Shown here one piece after another: positions 55,952-60,516 of a DNA stretch of 60,516 nt. Source of the stretch: an uncultured Bacteroidota bacterium. Its GTDB lineage: Bacteria > Bacteroidota > Bacteroidia > Chitinophagales > Saprospiraceae. The stretch is taken from assembly GCA_903905445.1 (NCBI GenBank), contig CAIVGO010000673.1:1-60516 (forward strand). Reading direction: 5' to 3'. Below the pieces are notes generated by a model. The model saw nothing but the letters and a program-made list of their open reading frames with translations, ran no database searches and had not been told where the DNA came from. Numbering within the stretch: position 1 is the first letter of the stretch; every line of letters starts with the position of its first letter. A program made the position numbers and the translations under genes.

Positions 55952-56725
55952 ATGAGAAGCAGGTTTATCTTATGGTTGCTCTTGATTGTTACTGGAGGTT
56001 TGCAAGCACAAAGTGTACGGATGCCCACGCAAAAGGTAGGCATAATTTACAACCGCGAAACAGCCTTTAATTTCATGATTACCACCAACAAAGGCTATGT
56101 TGCCGGTGTTGAGTTTGGGCGTTTGCGCACCTACAACAAGACTAAATTTTTCAAGTTATACCTTGGTGAAATCAAACACCCTAAAGAGGTGCGTCAAAGT
56201 GCAGACCCTACGGTAAGCCGCTCCTTTCGACCCTATATTTTTGGCAAAAAGAATAATTTGCTGGCTTTTCGGGCTGCCTGGGGAACCAAGCACTATTTTT
56301 CAGAAAAAGCCAAACAAAAAGGCGTGGCCATGGGCATGAGTTATTCTTTTGGGCCCACCCTGGGATTGCTAAAACCTTATTACCTGGCTTTGCGTTATGC
56401 GGTGGATGTGCCGGCAGGTCAGAATCGCGCGATACATCAAAAGTACAGTCCCGAAAATGCCAATATATTTCTCAATAACTCCCGCATTTTGGGCGCATCG
56501 CCGTTCACGCGCGGATTTAACCAACTGTCAATTGTCCCAGGTGGCAACGCAACCATTGCGATGCACATGGATTGGGGTGCATTTGACGAATTTGTAAAAG
56601 CACTTGAAATTGGTTTGACGGCCGACATGTTTGCCACAAAAGCACCCATCTTGGTATCTGACTCCAATAACCAACGCTTATTTTTCAATTTCTTCCTAAA
56701 TTTGCAGCTGGGCAAGCGGCGCTAA
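55952..56725 (+). CDS. Hypothetical secreted / outer-membrane-like protein
   Basis: Signal MRSRFILWLLLIVTGGLQAQ from the internal ATG. Strand-rich composition. Confidence 0.45.
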   Translation: MRSRFILWLLLIVTGGLQAQSVRMPTQKVGIIYNRETAFNFMITTNKGYVAGVEFGRLRTYNKTKFFKLYLGEIKHPKEVRQSADPTVSRSFRPYIFGKKNNLLAFRAAWGTKHYFSEKAKQKGVAMGMSYSFGPTLGLLKPYYLALRYAVDVPAGQNRAIHQKYSPENANIFLNNSRILGASPFTRGFNQLSIVPGGNATIAMHMDWGAFDEFVKALEIGLTADMFATKAPILVSDSNNQRLFFNFFLNLQLGKRR

Positions 56726-56758
56726 AGTCAGCGAAACTGTGCCCAAAGAGGTATTATC

Positions 56759-57637
56759 ATGCTGGAACTTCCTGTTATAGATCAAGATACACCGTCGCGC
56801 TCTAAAAAACCTGAATGGCTGAAAGTTCGGCTACCGATGGGAGAGAATTATCGCAACGTTCGAAACATCGTCGATGAATTCAAACTCCATACGATATGTC
56901 AAAGTGGTAGTTGTCCGAATATGGGCGAATGCTGGGGGGCCGGAACAGCCACTTTTATGATTTTGGGCAATGTTTGTACCCGCTCCTGCTCTTTTTGTGC
57001 CGTAAAAACCGGCCGTCCCAATGAATATGATGAAGATGAACCCCGCCGCGTAGCCGAAGCAATTTGGCTGATGAAAGTAAAACACGCTGTGCTGACTTCC
57101 GTAAACCGCGACGAATTAAAAGACCGCGGCGCCGAAATTTGGTATCAAACCGTACGCGCCGTGAAAGAACGCTCCCCGGAAACCACCATCGAAACCCTTA
57201 TTCCAGATGTAAAATCCAACTGGGAAGCCCTCGAACGGATGATTTCCGCCGGACAGGAAGTGGTAAGTCATAACATGGAAACGGTGCCACGCTTATACCG
57301 CAAAGTGCGCCCGCAAGCCAAGTACGAACGCAGTTTGGAGCAAATTCAACGCACCAAAAATTACGGAAAACGCACCAAAACAGGCATTATGGTTGGGCTG
57401 GGCGAAACACCGGAAGAAATATATGCAGCCATGGACGATTTGGTTGCCCACGGCTGCGATATCCTGACCCTCGGGCAGTACTTGCAACCCACCAAAATGC
57501 ACCTCGAAGTTGCCGAGTTTGTACATCCCGATCAATTTGCAGCTTATAAAGAAATTGGCTTGCAAAAAGGGTTAAAATACGTTGAAAGCGGCCCCTTGGT
57601 GCGCTCCAGCTACCACGCCGAGCGGCATATTTTTTAA
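56759..57637 (+). CDS. lipA: Lipoyl synthase
   Basis: [12 protein letters not shown] and [10 protein letters not shown] cluster motifs. C-terminal RSSYHA. Confidence 0.92.
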   Translation: MLELPVIDQDTPSRSKKPEWLKVRLPMGENYRNVRNIVDEFKLHTICQSGSCPNMGECWGAGTATFMILGNVCTRSCSFCAVKTGRPNEYDEDEPRRVAEAIWLMKVKHAVLTSVNRDELKDRGAEIWYQTVRAVKERSPETTIETLIPDVKSNWEALERMISAGQEVVSHNMETVPRLYRKVRPQAKYERSLEQIQRTKNYGKRTKTGIMVGLGETPEEIYAAMDDLVAHGCDILTLGQYLQPTKMHLEVAEFVHPDQFAAYKEIGLQKGLKYVESGPLVRSSYHAERHIF

Positions 57638-57640
57638 AAA

Positions 57641-58540
57641 CTACAACAAGGCGGCACCAAATACCCCGGCACTGTCGCCCAGTTTCGGGCGTAAGAACAT
57701 GGTATCCACACGGGTATTAAACACGTGTTTGCCAACTTCCAGCACACCATCCGAATAAAGCCGATCACAATTCCCAACGCCTCCGCCCAAAACGATTACA
57801 TCTGGATCGATAATATTAATCACCACGGCAATGGCTTTTCCGAAGAAATGAATGAGGCGATCCATGGTTTGAATGGCTGCCGGGTCCGTTTTACCTTCTG
57901 CGAGGGCGACAATTTCGCGCAAATGAAGTTTTTCACCTGTTAAACCAGCATAATACCTTTCAAGCGCCGGGCCTGAAATAACGGTTTCTACACAACCTAA
58001 TTTGCCACAGTAACACATGCCGCCGCTGTCATCGAGGTGGTTATGCCCCCACTCGCCGCCAATTCCTTGTCGACCATTTACGACTTTACCATTTACCACC
58101 AAGCCGCCGCCGACCCCGGTGCCCATAATTACCCCAAAAACAACTTCGGCATTGGGCAACCTATCGGGTACTGCACCCATGTGGGCCTCCGCGACCGCAA
58201 AACAGTTGGCATCATTGGCTAATTTCACCGGAATGCCCAATGCTTTTTCAAGATCCTTATCGAAAGGCTTGCCATTCAGTGCGGTGGTGTTGGCATTTTT
58301 GATCCCGCCTGTATTGCGATCCAGCGTTCCAGGGTGCCCTAAACCAATCGAAGCGGGCTTGATTCCGGTTTCCTGCACTAAGAGATCAACAATTTTGACC
58401 ACCTGACCAATAATATGTTCATACCCTAAATGCGCCTCGGTTGGAACCCGTTGGCGCGCCATTACATTCGGATGTTTTCGGCTTTCCAAAATAGCGCATT
58501 CAATTTTTGTTCCGCCAAGGTCAATTCCCCAAAGGTGCAT
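57641..58540 (-). CDS. ROK family sugar kinase
   Basis: GIDLGGTKIE N-terminus, NDANCFAVAE, and the zinc motif GHNHLD...CYCGKLGCVE. Confidence 0.85.
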   Translation of the reverse strand: MHLWGIDLGGTKIECAILESRKHPNVMARQRVPTEAHLGYEHIIGQVVKIVDLLVQETGIKPASIGLGHPGTLDRNTGGIKNANTTALNGKPFDKDLEKALGIPVKLANDANCFAVAEAHMGAVPDRLPNAEVVFGVIMGTGVGGGLVVNGKVVNGRQGIGGEWGHNHLDDSGGMCYCGKLGCVETVISGPALERYYAGLTGEKLHLREIVALAEGKTDPAAIQTMDRLIHFFGKAIAVVINIIDPDVIVLGGGVGNCDRLYSDGVLEVGKHVFNTRVDTMFLRPKLGDSAGVFGAALL

Positions 58541-58724
58541 AGTTTAAACTTTTTTACAGATGAATTTCAATATTAAAATTGGTTTGAAAGCCCAAATATA
58601 ATATGTGGATTGAAAGCAACTCAATGATTTTAATTTTATAGAAAGGTATTTTGTATCTATTCAAATTAATCTCAATTTTGCAGATCATTTGACGCATTTA
58701 CTTCCTCATTTATAAGCTGATTCC

Positions 58725-59159
58725 ATGCAATCTGACCCGATTCACACCACCAACGCACCCAAACCAGTAGGGGCTTATCCACATGCACGCAAGGTAGGAC
58801 AACTTTTATTTTTGTCGGGCATTGGTCCGCGGGAACCGGAAGGAGATGGAATTCCTGGTTTGGAACGCAGCGCGAGTGGCAATTTTACCAACTTTGATTT
58901 TGAGGCGCAAGTTCACTCTGTATTCCGCAATGTAAAAGCGGTGTTAGAGGCTTCGGGGGCTCGTTGGGAAGACCTGGTAGACGTAACGGTGTTTTTAGTA
59001 AACATGGAGCGCGATTTCCATACCTTCAACCGGATTTATGCTACGTATTTTCAAGACAATCAGCCTTGTCGCACGACCTTGGGCATTGATCGGCTGCCGA
59101 CGCCGATTGCGATTGAATTGAAATGTATTGCCGTACTTCCAGAAAAGGAGGCATCTTAG
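58725..59159 (+). CDS. ridA: RidA/YjgF family protein
   Basis: APKPVGAYPHA...LFLSG...DLVDVTVFL...R(T)T..I..LP...IE. Confidence 0.8.
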   Translation: MQSDPIHTTNAPKPVGAYPHARKVGQLLFLSGIGPREPEGDGIPGLERSASGNFTNFDFEAQVHSVFRNVKAVLEASGARWEDLVDVTVFLVNMERDFHTFNRIYATYFQDNQPCRTTLGIDRLPTPIAIELKCIAVLPEKEAS

Positions 59160-59187
59160 CACCTGGATTCTGTATAAAAAATGCAAT

Positions 59188-60018
59188 ATGGCACTTTGGT
59201 ATAGTTTGTTACTTTCCACGGGCATGCTCTACGGCATCCTTTGTTTGGTATTTTACTTTGGGCAAGATTTCTTTTTCTTCCGTCCGGAGCGGTTGCCTAA
59301 ATGGTTTGCCTATAAATACCCGTTTCCGTTTTCGGAGGTCAATTTTGAGATGGAAGATGGTGGGCTAATCAATGCGCTCCATTTTCGGGTGCCAAACAGC
59401 AAGGGTGTGGTGTTTTACATTAAAGGAAATTCGCGCAGCATCAAAGGCTGGGGCAAATTTGCTAAAGATTTTGTCGGCAAAGGCTACGACTTTTTCATTC
59501 TTGACTATCGCGGATTTGGGAAAAGCAAGGGTCGGCGCACGGAATCTATTTTGTATTCCGATTTACAACAAGTATATAAGTGGCTGGCAACCAATTATGA
59601 AGAGGAGCAAATTGTGTTATACGGTCGTTCGTTGGGCAGTGGTTTGGCAACCCGCATCGCTTCTTGGAACAATCCAAAAATGTTGATACTTGACTGTCCG
59701 TATTATTCCTTTTTGCACCATATTCGGCGGTACGGATTTTGGCTTCCGCTGCGTCTTTTATTGCGTTATCAGATTCGGACCGATCAATTTATTAAAAAAG
59801 TGCATTGTCCGATCCATATAATTCATGCGGTGCGCGACCGATTGATTCCTTATCGCCAGAGTTTAATGTTGAAAGCCCTTTTACCCGAAAAAATTCAGTT
59901 GCACCCCATCATAGGCGCTAGCCACAATAATATCCCTTCATTTCCGGAGTACCACGATTTGTTATACGACCTTTTGCACGAGCAGGTGCTGGAGGCCAAC
60001 TCCCTTCAAAGGGCATAA
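59188..60018 (+). CDS. Alpha/beta hydrolase with an N-terminal membrane anchor
   Basis: Nucleophile elbow GRSLGSG. Start set at the internal ATG because the track ORF overlaps ridA. Confidence 0.7.
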   Translation: MALWYSLLLSTGMLYGILCLVFYFGQDFFFFRPERLPKWFAYKYPFPFSEVNFEMEDGGLINALHFRVPNSKGVVFYIKGNSRSIKGWGKFAKDFVGKGYDFFILDYRGFGKSKGRRTESILYSDLQQVYKWLATNYEEEQIVLYGRSLGSGLATRIASWNNPKMLILDCPYYSFLHHIRRYGFWLPLRLLLRYQIRTDQFIKKVHCPIHIIHAVRDRLIPYRQSLMLKALLPEKIQLHPIIGASHNNIPSFPEYHDLLYDLLHEQVLEANSLQRA

Positions 60019-60022
60019 AATA

Positions 60023-60057
60023 AATGGTTTGACCCTGGACTTTCCAGATCAAACCAT
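60023..60057. terminator. Hairpin between convergent genes
   Basis: AATGGTTTGA / TCAAACCATT outer stem with an inner CTGGA/TCCAG stem. U-rich only on the minus-strand side. Confidence 0.45.
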
Positions 60058-60083
60058 TCAAACAAGTTTTATGCACTTTTTAC

Positions 60084-60515
60084 TTACAGATCATCTCCAA
60101 AAAAGGAAATGATTTTATCTGCGAGTTCCATTCCGATATAGCTTTGTGCTTCCACCGTGCTGGCACCGATATGCGGCGTACAAGACACCAATGGGTGCTT
60201 CAACAAGGCTTCTTTGGGTGTTGGTTCGTTTTCAAACACGTCCAAACCTGCTCCCGCTACTTTACCACTTTCCAGGGCTTCGAGCAACGCATTTTCATCA
60301 ATAACGCCCCCACGGGCCGTATTGATGAGGAAAACGCCCTTTTTCATTTTTGCAAATTCGGTAGCCGTAACCAAAGGCTGATCTACGCCCGGAATATGGA
60401 AGGTGATAAAATCGGCATCTTTAAACACTTTATCTAAAGACTCCGTTTGTACCCGCACCGTGTATTTCAAATCGGGGTAATCATTGAGTAAAATGCTGAT
60501 ATCCGCTTCCTGCAC
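60084..60515 (-). CDS. D-isomer-specific 2-hydroxyacid dehydrogenase, probably D-3-phosphoglycerate dehydrogenase (C-terminal part; 5' end outside the window)
   Basis: INTARGGVIDENAL, GAGLDVFENEP, TPHIGAST motifs. The ORF runs off the window end. Confidence 0.75.
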   Translation of the reverse strand: MQEADISILLNDYPDLKYTVRVQTESLDKVFKDADFITFHIPGVDQPLVTATEFAKMKKGVFLINTARGGVIDENALLEALESGKVAGAGLDVFENEPTPKEALLKHPLVSCTPHIGASTVEAQSYIGMELADKIISFFGDDL

Positions 60516-60516
60516 A

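Noticed and set aside
1-60516. Mobile genetic element, prophage or genomic island boundaries
   Set aside because: No integrase, transposase, tRNA attachment site, phage structural genes or long terminal repeats were recognised. Gene content and promoter style look uniform across the window.

Overview
This window looks like a chromosomal segment of a Bacteroidota genome. The evidence is a porP/sprF-gldK-gldL-gldM-gldN type IX secretion/gliding block, repeated TAnnTTTG -7 promoter boxes 15-40 nt upstream of start codons, many lipoprotein or Sec signals ending in AQ/SAC, and no obvious Shine-Dalgarno sites. About 55 protein-coding genes fill the window. I saw no rRNA, tRNA, CRISPR array, transposase or integrase. 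Most genes are housekeeping: yafV-like amidase, Sua5/TsaC, SucB, PaaB/PaaC, Ald, MqnD, MurA, Udk, a NupC-like transporter, LipA, RidA, a ROK kinase, ALDH, a PabA/TrpG-like amidotransferase and CvpA. Envelope genes include NlpC/P60, a lytic transglycosylase, an LD-carboxypeptidase, several beta-barrel outer membrane proteins and a TonB-dependent receptor. The most interesting locus is a compact two-gene RiPP-like cassette on the minus strand at 38062-39393. A 62-aa Cys-rich peptide (signal/lipobox-like N-terminus, C-terminal CPACGMG) sits 18 nt upstream of a DUF692/MNIO (MbnB/TglH/ChrH-type) enzyme. That enzyme carries an extra ~90-aa C-terminal extension, and no separate partner gene is present. 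The cassette lies in a co-directional neighbourhood with a Crp/Fnr regulator, a cupin/beta-barrel in-frame fusion and a TonB-dependent receptor. Secondary observations: a terminator-like 14-bp hairpin plus promoter-like box between gldK and gldL; a ~160-nt imperfect palindrome downstream of the SdiA-regulated-like gene; an orphan paaBC pair; a thioredoxin-like domain without its CxxC fused to tandem Usp domains; a REC-cNMP-Crp hybrid regulator; a translationally coupled unknown protein plus trypsin/Zn-ribbon protease pair; and a 786-bp non-coding region holding a promoter/terminator-bracketed 39-codon sORF. All functional calls rest on motif recognition by eye and recalled family knowledge. 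No searches were run.
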